A stretch of 64,000 nucleotides of DNA from Antedon mediterranea (GCF_964355755.1 NC_092677.1:14654101-14718100); one strand, 5' to 3'; shown: positions 10,524-25,514, numbered from the stretch's first letter. Translations and numbers: made by a program. The notes: generated by a model not told the origin, from the letters alone.

Positions 10524-12635
10524 TATGATATACATATGAATAGGCCTACTTGAGGTATTTATTAATAATCATAACTAATATTGTATTGCCAATGTTGACT
10601 GTATACTCCTTGAAAGCGGAATTTCAAACCGTCAAAATTAAAATTAGATTATGTAAGTACATTTTTATGTTCTGTCTAAAGTACAATCATTATGTTGTTT
10701 GTACATTAACATATTGTATATCAAGTATCTTTCTAATATTCTATGTAATGGAGCACAACAAATATGTACAGTACATCATCCTCAATACTTCTTTAAATCG
10801 CCTATAGAAATGTATCAAATGTAATTAATGAAATTAATCTTAGTTTACATTAGTGTATAGATAATATATCGCACCTCGTCCTATATTTCAAGATATCTGA
10901 GCAGAAACATTTGTCTTAACATTAACTTAAGTATAAAAGCATTTTACATTCTGGTTGTTTTAACATTAGCCTATATCGGTGTATAACGTTTACAAAAGGC
11001 TAAATCAAAACAAATGTGCGCACATGCTGTACTATAGTAGATGTACATTTTAGTGTGAAGTTAAATTAATCTTAATTTTGAAGTTGAATGTGAAATATCT
11101 ATTCTTTTCATCTTGCCGTGTTTAAGATAATATGTCGGATACTAGAAAGTGACATTCATGGAGTAATAATATATAAGGTATAGAGATTTTCTCTTTCTGT
11201 TAAAATTTTACAAATGTATTTCCTCAGTGATCTTGCTTTGTCATTATGATGAAGATAAGGATGTTAATTCAATCTCGGTACGTATAAGCAATAGGTATAG
11301 TTGTCTATGTCCTATATACATCAGACTGTGCTATTCCAATGTTTAACGTTGAGGGTGAATAGCTTCTAGTGAATTTTTGGCTGGTCATTTTGTCCAATCA
11401 AAAATTCTGACATGTTCCGCTTACCCACTGTGATAAAAAAAAATAAAAAAATTGATCTGCATGCATAACAGAAAAGCTTAACGTCAAGAACATTTCCTAA
11501 AAATTTACGCCAAATAAAAATGTTAACTGAAGGATCAAATTAAAATGAAGAAGTATGTTAACGCAACTGTTTGGTTAACATACACTATAGGTAGGTACTA
11601 CAAGCAATAGGTAGTTGTCTATGTACTATACATTAGGTAGGTAGGTACGCTATCATGCAAATTAATAGAATAGTGACATCGTCTGTTAAAGTATAATGTT
11701 TACATGTTTTGCTGAAAATCCTCTATTTAGGATGGAGCCAGAAGTTCTATAGTAGAATGAAGCATTTTGAAAAATATCTTAAAATTTCTCACACTTTATC
11801 ATGTTTTATACGAATACTATACATATTCACACCAGTATCCCTTGAAATTTATATCTTATTTTTTCATATGTCAGTTGATTTTTTTATTTAAAAATGTTTA
11901 ATTTCTGCAGTAATAAATAATTCTAAGCGTCGCATTAGACTTAGTTCGACGGACAAGTACGCAAAACTCAAGGATAAGCCTTCTTGTGATATCGTTAAGA
12001 TTCTCTCAAGTTGTTTACGGTTTCCGTTCATGCTTTCTTTTTTAGGGATGACATTTTGTCATGAAACATAAATATTTATCATGTTTTTAAATAAATAAAA
12101 AACTTAATTAATGTATTGGAATAAAAATAATATTCATAAATATTTTAAAAATGATAAAAAAAATAAGTATTTAAATTTTGAAAATAATGAACAATAAAGA
12201 CTTATTTTATTTATTTATTTATTTATTTAAATTTCCACTAAAGGTCAATGGAATTTTTACAAATTTATCAAATTAAAATTAAATTTTTTAATTTAAGCAA
12301 AATTAACTTAGCTTATTCTTATCAATTTTTGCTTTACCTTTTAATAATTAATAATGGAAATATTCATTAATTTTATCACCTAAATTGTGAATTATTTACT
12401 TCTTAGTAACTGTAAATTATGCGAAGATATTGTGACATTATTCCCAGAGCATGTAAACTTGTTTTATGAACTTCTTGGACTCCTCAGATTTGAACTGTAA
12501 CGTCCCCAGTGTACTCGACTTATGAGCGATGATTCAAACAGAATTCTCAAGATTTATTGTCATGGAGGAAAAAAATGTTGTATTGAATACTGAAGTATAT
12601 ATATTATTTATTTATAAATAGTATTTATATATATG

Positions 12636-12780
12636 TATAAATCCAAAGGAAAATTACTGAAAATAATGACAATGATGATGTGGGTATCAGTGGCTGGGAT
12701 CTCAATGGAGATGCAAAATAAAATAAGCAAAAAGCTAAATCAAAACGATAAAGTAAAACAGCCAGAAATATTAACAGAGC
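12636..12780 (+). repeat. Dispersed repeat family B, copy 1 (unclassified)
   Basis: Core GTGGCTGG(G)ATCTCAATGGAGAT...AAGCAAAAAGCT...GTAAAACAGCCAGAA is shared with 20218-20345 (-) and 25515-25625 (+). Confidence 0.8.
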
Positions 12781-13446
12781 TTTCGTTCGTTGTTTTAACA
12801 TTACAGGCAATTCTTCTATAAACTAGATACTTTGTGGGGTACTGAGGGTGTCCCCCTAATAGAGTTGTACTGTGTATTGTAAAAGTCTCATAAAAAGTCA
12901 TTCTTATCTTACGAGTTGGTTAAAATGTTTAAAAGAAATTGTGTAATAAAACATGAGCAAAAGACATGTATACAAACCCTGTTAAAGTTGTATCACAAAC
13001 TTTTTTCTTCTTTGCTGGTAAATATCAAACATACGAAACATACCTTTCAACACAACTTGCTCGTCTATATGGAATATGGAAGCAATTCTTATCTTTAGGT
13101 TAAAATGGACAAATAATTGGTGTGTCAAAGGTAATTGTTTTCTAAGCTGATATCAAAATCTCGTTAATCACCTCACAATGCGCACGCCTAACACCTTCTT
13201 GTGATTGGTAATTTATCTGCGATTTATTTTCTGATGATTTTCTAAGCTTCCCGGGGGAACCCAGGTACTATCTTTCTTTTCTCTGTCGCTAATCATTCGT
13301 GCCTTGTTTACAAAGTCTTGTAGTATGTTTGATCACCCATTTACTTGATAAGTCCTTCCTTTCAGGGTTTATCAATACTAGAGTTATCTGTAGTTATATA
13401 GTAGTGCTGTTTGACATTTGTAGAGTGAACCTTGCTGCATCCTTTT

Positions 13447-13580
13447 TAAACTCTGTCTACACTAGTAGTGTGACAAGAAGAAATGAAATGTGCCCAAATA
13501 TGGTAGTGATATTACATCATCGTGTCCATCATGGGCACATTTTTTGTCACATAAAGTTTGATAGTGTAGACAGAGCTTTA
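13447..13580. mobile_element. MITE family A, copy 1 (TIR GCTCTGTCTACACTATCAAA)
   Basis: CTCTGTCTACACTA...TAGTGTAGACAGAG termini and internal GTGCCCA/TGGGCAC inverted motifs. Seven copies in the window. Confidence 0.88.
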
Positions 13581-16500
13581 TAATCCTGCTTCTTCTTTAA
13601 TCTCATAACATCAAAAACAACTTTTAAATACAATATGTATTTTGTTTTAAAATTGAAGTTTCAGTCTGAAAGTTTATGCTTTCACAAGAGTTTACAAAAA
13701 ATCATTGTAATATTATTTGCAGTATTTACAATAGAAATAAATTTTGTTCAAAAACTTGTTTTCAGTTGCCTGCTTTCAGGAGGTAAACTATGAACAAAAT
13801 TGAAATTTTATGCTGAAATGTGTCTGTGTTCACTTAGACGAGGTTGTGTTTATTAGCGAAAGGACCAAATTAATGCACTGATTAGATAGGAAGAAAAACA
13901 TGATTTTGAATTAGTGTCTGTTGTGATAGATACAACTGTAATTGAATTCTACCTTGCTACGTCTGCGATATAATCAAATGTTTTACAGTTCAGTAGTACA
14001 AACTTCAGATGTAAAAGGTGAAGCAGGGCTGGAGAGAGTGGCCTGTGTTTTACTCGCCTGGGGAGTTAAGTTTAAGATACAAATGGCATCTATAATGTAT
14101 ATGATGATGATCATCAAACACTAATAAGGATAGACTTCTCTCATCAAAAACCTATCACTGCACCAAGATGACTTCAACTATAGCGCCTTGGGATTATATT
14201 GCTTAAGTCATGAACTGGGTGACAGGAGAATACAGACTGACAAAAAAAAACATGATGATAAACTTTAAAAGATGATTGCTTCGTCGAATAATGAGAGGTT
14301 ATATATTAAAATAAGTACAATTGGAAGCGATAGATATAATGAAATTCATACAACTTTACGGAAGTAAAGTAATAAATTGATCGCGTTAATAATGGATAAA
14401 GGCAAAAAGAAAATCATGGATTGAATATAAAAGAATAAGTTAACATGTATAGTTTGTCCAATGCATACCAAATACATCTAGAAACAACAACATGCTGTAA
14501 AAACTGTGATTATCAAGAACTTGTACGTACTATTGCACACCATGGGACCCACAATCATTCTATCAAATGACAGGAATTGATTTAGGTGTGTTATAAATAT
14601 TTTATTACATATTCTACAGACTTGTTTTTGTACCTTTGGAGATCTTTTAAAATAGAGTTGGAAGGTATGCTAAAATTAGTCAATGATTGATTTTAATTTA
14701 TCCAAAGTTTTTAGTGTATTTTACTTTCTTTCCTCCTCAAAATTTAGGATAATAGGTTCCCCTTGAATCTGCTTATGGAAACATGTCAATAAATGACCAA
14801 ACTTCTTTAATATAATCAAAAACTAAAGTAGAAATCGATGACAATGCAACCAATTTATTATTGTTAGAAAAACTCAACCTTTAGTAATTTACAACCTCAA
14901 AAATAAACTTTAAACGTACTTTATTTCATACTACAACTTACCGAAAGATTATCTTAATAGAAAGCTTAGTAATTACTTAGCTAACAATGGGATCCTTTAA
15001 TATCTAGCGATTATTCGTATAGTTTATAATACTTACCGAAAACATCCAGCTGACCCCGCAGTTGTCTTAAATCGCTAAATATAGAAAATAATCGCATTAT
15101 ATGGATGCGTATACTCTCAATAAAAGACTGTTATTATCCAACGAGACCATTGTCCTTTCCTTTTTCTAATCTTTGGAATCAACTTGTTATTTCCTACGTC
15201 AATGTGATTGGAGAATGTAGAAACATTTGATGGTGAAATGAAAATATTGTACTTCATGATAAAGTCGATCAAATCCAGTATTTTTATCCATACGCAATTC
15301 ATATAAATGCATGTTTTTAATTGTTACTGAGCTATGTTATTAGTTCAAATCTTATAAGATTGGTAATGTTTTAGTTTTTATTGGCAAATCAAACTTGATT
15401 GTTATTAGAAATAAAATATAGTTTTAACTTGTTTTATTGCTTAGATTTAGTTCTGAAAATGAAATTACAGTACTACTAACTACACTCACTATATGCTATA
15501 GGTACAAAACATAGTGTTTTTCTAAAGTAAAGCAAAAGAAAGTCACTATCCTTCATACCCGAATCAACCACCGCGTCTGTGCGCATGTGCAATTAGTGTA
15601 TGTACATCTTTAATGAACAACTGCTACTAATGTACGATTGCATCCTTGGCCGTAAAAATAGGAACGAGATACGGAAGTACTAAAAGTATGCATGATCTGA
15701 TATTTAATCAATAACAAAAAATATCCTTTTAATTTAAATAAAATTATTATATTTTTCCTAAATTTAAATATGCTTTTTGTTACTTTCTTTTTAATGAAAT
15801 TTATTGTTAGTTTTTTTTTTAATATTATAATCAGTAAATTGATTTGATTTATTAACAAAATTTGTTACAATTTCCTGTCATCAACTTGTTGTAAAACCAA
15901 GGCAGTTCAGAAGATTTTCACCTGTCAGTCAGGTATTCTGTTTTCTTTCCTTCTAAATCCATAGTCCATAAAGTAGTTCAGTGCCATTTTATTGGCTCAA
16001 TACAAGTTAATTCAATTCCAATTTTCAAATAAATTGCAAGTTATTCCAGGAGCTTATTTCAACAACAATAGCAGCAATGGCAGACATAATAAAATGACTG
16101 TTGATAGTAGAAAAGCATATAAAGTGTCAAACGTTCGATTTTTAAATATCATAATGTGTTTACAAATAAAAAAGGATAATGTCTGTTATGTTGTTTTCAA
16201 AACTAAAGAATAAATTATTAAGATTAATTAATTTATTTGCAATCATTATTTTTATACTGTATGAAAATGTTTGATGTCTAAAAACTTAGATGTTATTTTT
16301 GTGTATGTTGTTTAGAAAGAATCTTCAATTAAATCATTAATGAATTGGGACAATATGGCAATCAGTATGGATCCATTTAGAATGGAAAAGTATCAATATG
16401 TATTGTACTCAATTGAGGTATTTTGATGTTCAGTGCATGCAAATATGTTCCAGTAATTATGTTTCTGATAATCGCATACGGCAGAATTCTTTAATACACA

Positions 16501-19500
16501 ATAATCATAGGTATTCTTAAAGTAAGCTTATGTCGGCACGAAACTCAATACAATGCAACTCAACTCATACTGCATATGTGACAGGTTTTCAACTGCAGTT
16601 ACTTCAATTCCTGAAAAAGTATAACATGTTCAACGCATCTCAACTCAACTGCCCACATGTCGACATATTTTGCGTTATTTTGATTTAAGGTCAGTTTTGT
16701 ATTTTCGGACCATTACGTCGGTACAGTTAAGTTCCGTATAAACAAACAATTACCTTTTTGGTATTAATATTGTTGGATAGATATACTGTAGTTTCGTGTG
16801 TCTGCCCAGTCACAACAAGAAATACATCGGGCCATAAATCATATTAGTACTAAAATGAAATAAAAACGCTTGGAAATATTAGAATCTGAAGTGATTCATC
16901 GTGTTTAGTAATTTTTTTCTTGATTAATTTTATCTTTAAATATAACCACACATGCATAACATCATTTAATATTGTCTGGTTAGTTTTTCTCTGGCAGATA
17001 TTAAATCTATAAAATACTGTCATATTTAAGCGTTCGTCCATAATTGAATATAATAATTGAACATGTACACTGCAGTCTTGGCAAATGCTTCATAATATTA
17101 TTATACAGATTCATAATGTTGGGATGTTGGCTAGTCACAAAATTTACACAGTTGAATAGCTAATGAATAATGATATCGTCAGTTTAATTTGCGTATGTGT
17201 TTCAGAAAAGTACTTATGACATGATACTTAGGGACCATGTCAAAATTCTACTGCAGTTACTGCAGTAACTATATTTTGTTTAATCTTTACCTTGGTATGA
17301 AATTATTTAACAAGTTTTTATTGGGTATAATCATGCATACTGTTTATTGCAGAGACTGCTAAATAAACTTCTTCTTTGAGAAAATCTAATATCATTGCAG
17401 AACTGTAGAAGAATAAATCTAATCATGATAATAATTTTAATGTGATCACTTTAATTAAGATGATGATAGTTGAAAAATTCAGGCTAAATGATTTGAATGA
17501 TTTTAAGAAGAAATCTAGCATTTTGTTTACCCTACGTTTACTGATGTTTTGTCTGCTTTGAAAGTTTCAAACAAATTTGCCAAAACCTATACAGTACCTG
17601 CAGGTATGCTGTTAGATGGGTTGCCAAATCTCATTATTGTTAAGGTTGGGAGTGTTATGTTATTGATATCAGATCTCATAATGTAGATTATAAATTGGAA
17701 TTAGGATGTGCTGGTAATGTACTACTAATTTGTTATTGTTACTATCATTACTGTTATATGTGTTTAAATTTAACTTCACAGATTAATTGAGATAAACAAT
17801 TTTGTCATAAAGTATACCTACGGTAACTAATTAGCAGTTCTGTGATGTTAATACATAACATAACATAACAGTATAGCACTTTCCCAACACCACAGGAATG
17901 CTCATCAATTAACAAAATGTTCTAATTATGCAGTTGATTGAATTTCCTTGTTAATTCTGAAACAATAGCCAATGTCAACATTCTGTTAATGATAATGTAT
18001 TAATTGACTTAAAGTCATTAATAAATTAACTTTAAACTGTAGTTGTACTATAGAATGTTCATGTCAATTGATATAAGTACCGATAAACACTTGAGTTGAT
18101 TGTAATGGCCATTGAGTTTACTATGAATAACAATTTAGAGTTAAGTAGTTGATCAGTCAGTGGTTGATCAGTATTTTATGACAGGGTGGTAAACTGGCAC
18201 TTCACTGGTAGATTCACCTTCAGAAAAGTAATATGTCTTCTGGGAGAGGTTTATTTTTTTGGAGAAGAACGCTATATCCCATATTCTTTTTCAACATCAT
18301 GGATCCACCAACTGCACATTACATTGTGTTTCTGTAAAAGTTGTAGGCCAGCTACTCTTCTTCTTTTGCTGTCCTTTGTGTCGGAAGGATCTTTCATAGT
18401 GTGCACAAAGATAGTCAAAATTGGTTCCAATAACCAAACTGAAAACTGTGTGGTTTTTATACAAATACAATATATGTATTTTCAGTACATTCAGCGATGT
18501 ACCCACAAGAAATAAAATGATGCGGTTGTCGCAAAAAAGGGAACAATCTCTGTTCAAGTCACTGGGTTGTCAAAGTCCTCTGTGAAAAAGTGGTCAGGTT
18601 TAACCTTACCAACAATACTGGTGGCTACTCTTCTGACATTGCATTGTGGATAATTATGATACTTCAAAAATACAAATGTAAAATAAAACAAAACAACTCA
18701 AATAGAAAATATGGTTAATTCATTTTTCTTATGTTGCATTCAGTCTTTTATTGGAGAATAGGAAAAAAAAAACAGGTCAACAAAGATATTTTTAATTTAT
18801 TAGTGAACAAATTCAGGTACAATTCCTATCCAATGACAATTATCTAAAGAAAAAAAACGGAAAAAAAATATTGTTGCAAAAAGCTAATCAGTCACCTAGC
18901 CCCAAGGTATGTACTCAATCATTTCATCCTTATTTAAAGCAAGCTAAAATTACAATTTTTGTATAAAACTAAATTCTATGCACTATGGTTAATGTACATT
19001 ATTGGATATTATTATGCTGCCATGCTATATGGAAATTGTACAATTTTATATGATATACAAATATAATTGCATTTAAAACTAATATAATAACATGTAGAAT
19101 ATTATAAAATACCAAATATGACTACATATTTAGATTTGGTATTAAACTTTTTTTAGGCCTCTTACAGTCAGCTGTATACTACTGTGGTACAGCTGTTAGA
19201 GCTATATCCTTGTAAAACAAAGTTAAAAAAATACATTTGATTAAAATGTTGTTTTATCAAATTTATTTATAGTAGCGAACAAATTGTCCCTTTAATAAAT
19301 CCCAATACGTTTCTTTGAATCTTTTTTGGCCTAAATACAGTCAAATAAAATCATAGGTCTTGCTTTTAGGAAAATCATATCATGATCATATTAATCAGAG
19401 TTATAGATAACAATATTGTAGCAATAGGTTGTATGCCATGAAATATTGCAGTATGTTTCAAACAATACTTGTGCAGAATACCAAGTGTCTGGCATGATTC

Positions 19501-20217
19501 TCTTTCTAATTCTACAACTTGGTAACATTATTGCAAATTTTTTTCTCTTCAATGACTCCCTATGACCAATTACGCGTCATTCTACAATCAGCACGTATCA
19601 AACTCAATTTCTACTTTCTTTTTCACGTCTAGCTTTTCCTGTGATCCATCTAATCCAAACTTGCTTCAGAAAAGTCATTTAAATTGTACTCAATTGATGA
19701 GTGGGGTGGTATTAGAGCGAAAGGAAACATGTGTTGTGTTTGTTGCTGGGCACGCACGAGTAATCAGGTGGCTTCAGTTCTTTTGTCTTTTCCACACTTG
19801 AGCGACCGCGACAATCCTCTGGTTCTATCGCTAATGACCTTATAAAACCTGCTTGTCTCCAGAGGGCAGTATAACTGTCTCAGCGTCTTATCACTTGTGT
19901 CTATGATGGAAAAAAAGTTTAATTATTGATAATAAAACAGTCATTTGTGAATACTAAAAATATGGAAAAAAGAGCTGTTATTGAATGCTGTTCATTTCAA
20001 TTTTTTTTTCCAAAGTTGTTTGGAATAATGTAATTATTTTATTAATTTATATCACATTCAGGTTATGATTATGTGTGATGGAAGATAGATAAAGAGAGAC
20101 ACATCATAAATGTAATGGTTTCCTCCATTTTTCATAGTTTATAGTTATTTTTTCAAAAGAAATTTAATATTTTTATATTGTTTCATATATTTCTAAAAAA
20201 TGTCTGTATTGTAAATT

Positions 20218-20345
20218 AGCTCTGCTAATTGTTCTGGCGGTTTTAATTTAGCTTTTCGCTTTTTTTTTGTATCTCCATTGAGATCCAGCCACTGATACCC
20301 ACAACATTGTCATTTTTTCAGTTATTTGCCTTTGGATTTATATAT
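20218..20345 (-). repeat. Dispersed repeat family B, copy 2
   Basis: Reverse complement of copy 1 (ATCTCCATTGAGATCCAGCCACTGATACCCAC...CCTTTGGATTTATA). Confidence 0.8.
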
Positions 20346-22409
20346 ATTTCAACAATATAATAAAGAAGGATTTTCCCACACCCAAGACTTTTTTTTCATG
20401 TAGCCTCAAGATATACAATTCATCTTGATTACATATAACATTAATTAATGAATATCTTCTGTATATGACAAATGAGGAATTGAATAATTAATAATATAGT
20501 AACCATGTATAATGATCATTGCCATCGGTTCACCTGCTAAGTCACAGAGTTATTGATACACACTTTAAATGTATTTTCACATGTACCGATAAATCATTAA
20601 TAAATATGTAAAACTATTGATTCTTTATTAAACTATATGTCTCCCGTTTGCGCACATAAATCCATCAAAACATAGTAATTGCATTAATACATTAATTTAA
20701 TGCAATAAACTGCGCTAGTAAATTACTGAAATTGTTTAATTGTTATTATATTTAATGAACTATGAGAAAATTAATTATTTGTGAGAATTCTCAAGGTTGA
20801 ATCTACCAAATTTAATTTGTTGTGAACAAGATGAACAGAAATATTAAATAGTTCCAATAGCACTGTTAACAAAATATAGACATTTTTCAATTAATTATTA
20901 ATTGATATTCGTAAACTGTAGAATTAATTTGGCTAGATTGTAAATTATTCATAAACCAGAATGATATATTGCTACATTTATGGTATTGATCATAATTTTA
21001 TATTTATCAATAAGATGATATTTAACAGGCCGTATATCATATCAATTCAAATTTGTATTTTATAATAGAATTGGGAATTCTATGTAAATCTAAAAGAGAT
21101 TGTACTGTAAATTGCTCATATTATAATAACATATATGCATGGTGATACACAGATAAAGGACCAACATGAGATTTATAAATTTATGATATTCTGACTTCCT
21201 TTATTAAAATGTGTGTAAGGTCATAATTTATATAATGTTCTATGTTATGCTGAAATATATTGATTTCTGTGAAGTTTAATTTTAAATGAGAGTAAAGTAT
21301 ATGTTTTGTAACTTGTTAGAATTAAATCATTTATTTTTTGTTTTGTTAAATACTTATTTCTTAAAACAACAATTATATTACAAATATTATTATATATTAC
21401 ATCACATTTAATTATTATTTGATTTGTTACTAAATAATTTTGTTTTCTTCTTTTTTCTTTCATATAATGCTGATTTGTTATCATCTTGTCATTATCAGGT
21501 AAGACATATTATTATTAATATTGTTATCATTTAGTAAGATTGTAGCTATAGGCTATTTAGCCTAAAACCATGAACAAAGCCACACTAATACAGTATTAGA
21601 AAATGCGTATTGCCAAGAATTTAATATTGTTTTCTATTCTTAAAACAGTAAATTTGTTTTATTATTTATTAGTACTCAGTTTCAGTTTACTTATATTTTT
21701 TGAAAAATTATTTATTATCACTACTATGATTGTCAAATTTGCCTCCTTTTGCTACCCCTGATTAGCCTCCGATGCAGCAGTAATTTGTTGTTATTGATTT
21801 CTTGAGTGTGAACTTTGGCGCCGTTTATCAGACTGTGTGGAGACTGACAACTTAGATAATTGGCTACACAAATATCGCTGTTTTTTTGGATGGGTCATTT
21901 AATAACCTGCGTGTGTTGATTATCAGGGTAGTCGTTGGTATAATTGTAACATTGTAGCAATTGGGTGAAACTGTTCATTCATACGATTAATAGCATTATG
22001 TCAGTCGCTTTTATGACTTCAAAGATGTAATATTATTATGATAGACTGACAAATTAATTTTTCATTAACAAAACAAGAAAGGCATTTAGAAACATGATAC
22101 TAATATATAAATATAGCGATATAATTTGATTTTGAAAGTTTAAATTGAGGCCTGTTTCTGCACCATAATACCATATAACAGTTTATTTTAGAATATTTAT
22201 TTGTAAACAAACTCCATTTCTACTAAATCTGTTTATGTTGAAGATGGTGGTCATCGATTAAAATATCATTTACTGTATACCCAAAATATATGACATGCTC
22301 AGGTGGTCCAAAGATCAGGAAATCACATTATTTTGTGTTGTAATGATTACTTGATGTTTATGATTTTGTGAATGGAAATAAAGAAAAGAAAAAAAAAGCT
22401 GAAAAACCC

Positions 22410-22745
22410 CAAACCATAAGCTATACAATCGGCACAGGTTCAAGTCACTCCTCGACCAATGTTCAATGTAGTACAAGGAATTAAACTTGGAGGTCCAGTG
22501 TACACACTGCTTCGTGTGCACTTTAAACAACCCAGTACATCTTTGGGAAGATTAGGGGGTTATCCCGTTGTACTGGTCTATTGAGTCCCTGTTGTTGTGG
22601 ACAGATGAACGAGCGCCGTTTGGTGGCAGCACTCAACACGAAGATACCCTTGGGAGAGTAGAAAGTTGTGGTATCATATGTGTTGTCCATACCTGTGCGC
22701 AATTTAGACCAGTGGGCTACAAGGCACAGGTTATTCCCCCATTTA
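22410..22745 (+). mobile_element. SINE relic with Nin/Deu-like central domain
   Basis: B-box-like GGTTCAAGTC (22437-22446), then TTAAACTTGGAGGTCC...GTGCACTTTAAACAACCCAG...AGGGGGTTATCCCG, which resembles the Deu/Nin SINE core as recalled from memory. Related inverted copies occur nearby. Confidence 0.6.
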
Positions 22746-23134
22746 CATTAGACTCAAAAGTTAAAGTCTTTGCCATTGTCCCTTCAATTTTCAAGGCTTT
22801 CAAACATGTCTTTCTAATGAGACATTCAACTGTCTCTCCCTTTTAAAAGTTTTAAATGGAACAAACCTATTAGAGTATAATAACATTTGATATTGCAAAG
22901 TACAGAAATGTAAAGGAACAATTCTAGATATAAATTAATACATTTTTTTCGGACTTTTATAGCGTACATGGTTTCATGTAATAATTCCTCTATACATAAA
23001 TTTACCTAATTTTAAATAATGCAATATACCAGTAAATCTCCTCTATAGAGACTCTTTCCTTTTCTCAAATGCTCAATTATATAATCCATGGCTTAAAACA
23101 ACGATACTCATTATTGATGTTTGAAGACAGACTG

Positions 23135-23198
23135 GCGCCTGATTCTAGTCGAACCTGTATCCCACACATGACAGATGAGCACACGACCTCCAGTACCA
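23135..23198 (-). mobile_element. Degenerate tRNA-derived (Asp-like) SINE head or tRNA pseudogene
   Basis: Minus strand reads ...CTGTCATGTGTGGGATACAGGTTCGAC..., similar to the tRNA-Asp anticodon/T arm. No intact cloverleaf. Confidence 0.4.
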
Positions 23199-23465
23199 TT
23201 AATTTCTTTTTGGGAAGCATGTAAGTGTCATAGTATTCACCATAGCTTACCTGTTTGTAATAAATTTTGAATTCAAATGAGAATTCAAAGCATGCATAAA
23301 ACTAGTTTGTGTAAATTGAAAATAAATTAAAGAATTTTATAAAGATATTATGTATTATATACAGATCTTAAATTTAGTTATAAAACGTTTTAAACATTCT
23401 TCTATACATAGCAACAAATAGCTAAAATAGTACTTGTTATTTTGATATATTCATCCTCAATTGAA

Positions 23466-23580
23466 GACCCCCTACTCTTTCTTAAAGATGTACCAGGTTC
23501 TTTATAGTGCATGCATACCATTTTTAATTCCTCATCCAAGAAGACTTGTTCTACCAGGAGCCTTGATCCTGTGTCGAATT
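23466..23580 (-). mobile_element. Nin/Deu-like SINE fragment
   Basis: CCCCCTACTCTTTCTTAAAGATGTACCAGGTTCTTTATAGTGCA...TCCTCATCCAAGAAGAC is reverse-complement similar to 22475-22565. Confidence 0.6.
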
Positions 23581-24021
23581 TACATCACAGAATGTTTTTG
23601 ATACAATTAAAAAGAAAAATAGAGTAATTTCTTTTCACTAAACTTATTCTTGTTTTTATATCACTGCTGTACTGTAGTCTGTGACAGCAATAAAAGCATA
23701 TTTAATTAATAGCTGCTGATATTCATCCACAAAATGGGAGCCTGCCCCATTAAAATTATGTTATTGGAAGCACTTCCTAGAAATGATCAAAATTCTGACA
23801 GCTCTGAAAAGGACTAGTTACGGTCTGATTGATGGATTCGTTTGTCGATTATAAATAGTTGAAGATGAATGTGCTAATAGATGGCATTGAGCTAGTGTAT
23901 GTGGCAAGTTCAATAACATGCAATGTATTAGATGAACTTGTCAAATAGGTATATACATGCAATTAAAACAAAAATATTTATTGAGTATACAGAGAAGTTA
24001 TTGCTGCAAAAACGTAATTGT

Positions 24022-24110
24022 GTGAGTGGGTGGGTGTAACAACTTATAGTTGGGTAGGTGTAACAACTTATAGTTGAGTGGGTATAACAACTTGTGGTTG
24101 GGTGGGTGCA
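24022..24110. repeat. 24-bp tandem repeat (GGTGGGTGTAACAACTTATAGTTG-like), about 3.5 units
   Basis: Directly visible. Confidence 0.85.
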
Positions 24111-24367
24111 AAGTTCTAGGGTTAAGGGGTTGATGGTTACCTTGATAGCATTAGGCTAGTGTTTTAGTGTATAATTACTGTTACCCAATGTATGGTAGGT
24201 TTATTCCTCTGCCACCATACTAGACTTTTCTCTTTAACAACAATTAAAGGCTTGAAGGCCAATTTACACAGACTAACGGTAAGGGTAATATATATATATA
24301 TCAAATTAATTAATTAAATTTCAGTATATCATCGGGCGGTTTCGAATTAATGTTCATTGCCTAATGT

Positions 24368-24404
<37 letters not shown>

Positions 24405-25514
24405 CTATGTTATTCCTTATGGGAGTGGACAGGTAGTTTCCATTCAGGATAGATACAGATTCTATGTATGACAATTAGCTACACAGATTTTTCAAAATCC
24501 TTGATCCTTCCCTGAATCACAAATTAGTGTAGGTCAATCTGGATTGTGTGAATATACTAGATAAAAATAGCATCTTGTAACGCCTTGTTTCCCTGGGTTT
24601 TTTTTGTTAGAGGAGAAAGTGTTGACCTAGGTTTTTTTACTGTATGAAAAGTAATTCCCTTTCGCAGTTATATTTTGTTAGGGGCTATACGTCATCATTT
24701 AATGTTTGTATATACAAGATATTTCCTTTCAAATTTAAGCTCATATTTTTGTTATTAACAATGTATATATTCAAGGATAAAACGATATATGAGTGGATTA
24801 TAACCAATGCCGGATAAATCATGTTATGACATTTTATGACCTTTCATCAGTAAATTATTGTTTGTTATTTTTAGATTGGATAAAATCGTTTTTCTTTTCT
24901 AGCCCCATCGCATTTAAGACGTAAAACCTGGGTGAGAGTTATTAATTATGTTTGTTTCACAACATGTTACCCATAATGCCTGCAATTTATCATGGTTTGT
25001 GGCACATGGCAGTGTATTAAACGTGCTAGTGTTTATTGAAGCGTGAAGAATGATTATCAATCATGCTAGGTTCGGTGTCATTAGCTATAGTTCCGCAGGG
25101 CCTTATGAGAGGACCTTGCTAAATATATATATGCAAAATGTGAAAATTATATTTACATCTGATACTGTAGTATAAATAGGAAATTAGTCCTCTCTACACA
25201 AAGTATATTATACATTATATATCATCAATATTTAATATTTTTCGGTTGAATAATTAAAACAATTTGTACAATATCTATTAATAATATTGAAATATAATTC
25301 TGTCAAGTACTCTACTGTAGCATTGCAGTGTGCTCCTACTACAAATTAAGAGAGAAACAAAACAAGACATCATTATAATTGCTATTACAGTAGGTTAAAA
25401 AAAAACGTTTTAGAGGAGAATTACACCAAAGTAAAAAAATTTAAACCTGAATTACTCGACCCACTCGACAAAAAAAGAATGAAGGCGTTCTACCACCTAA
25501 ATAACATAACAAAA

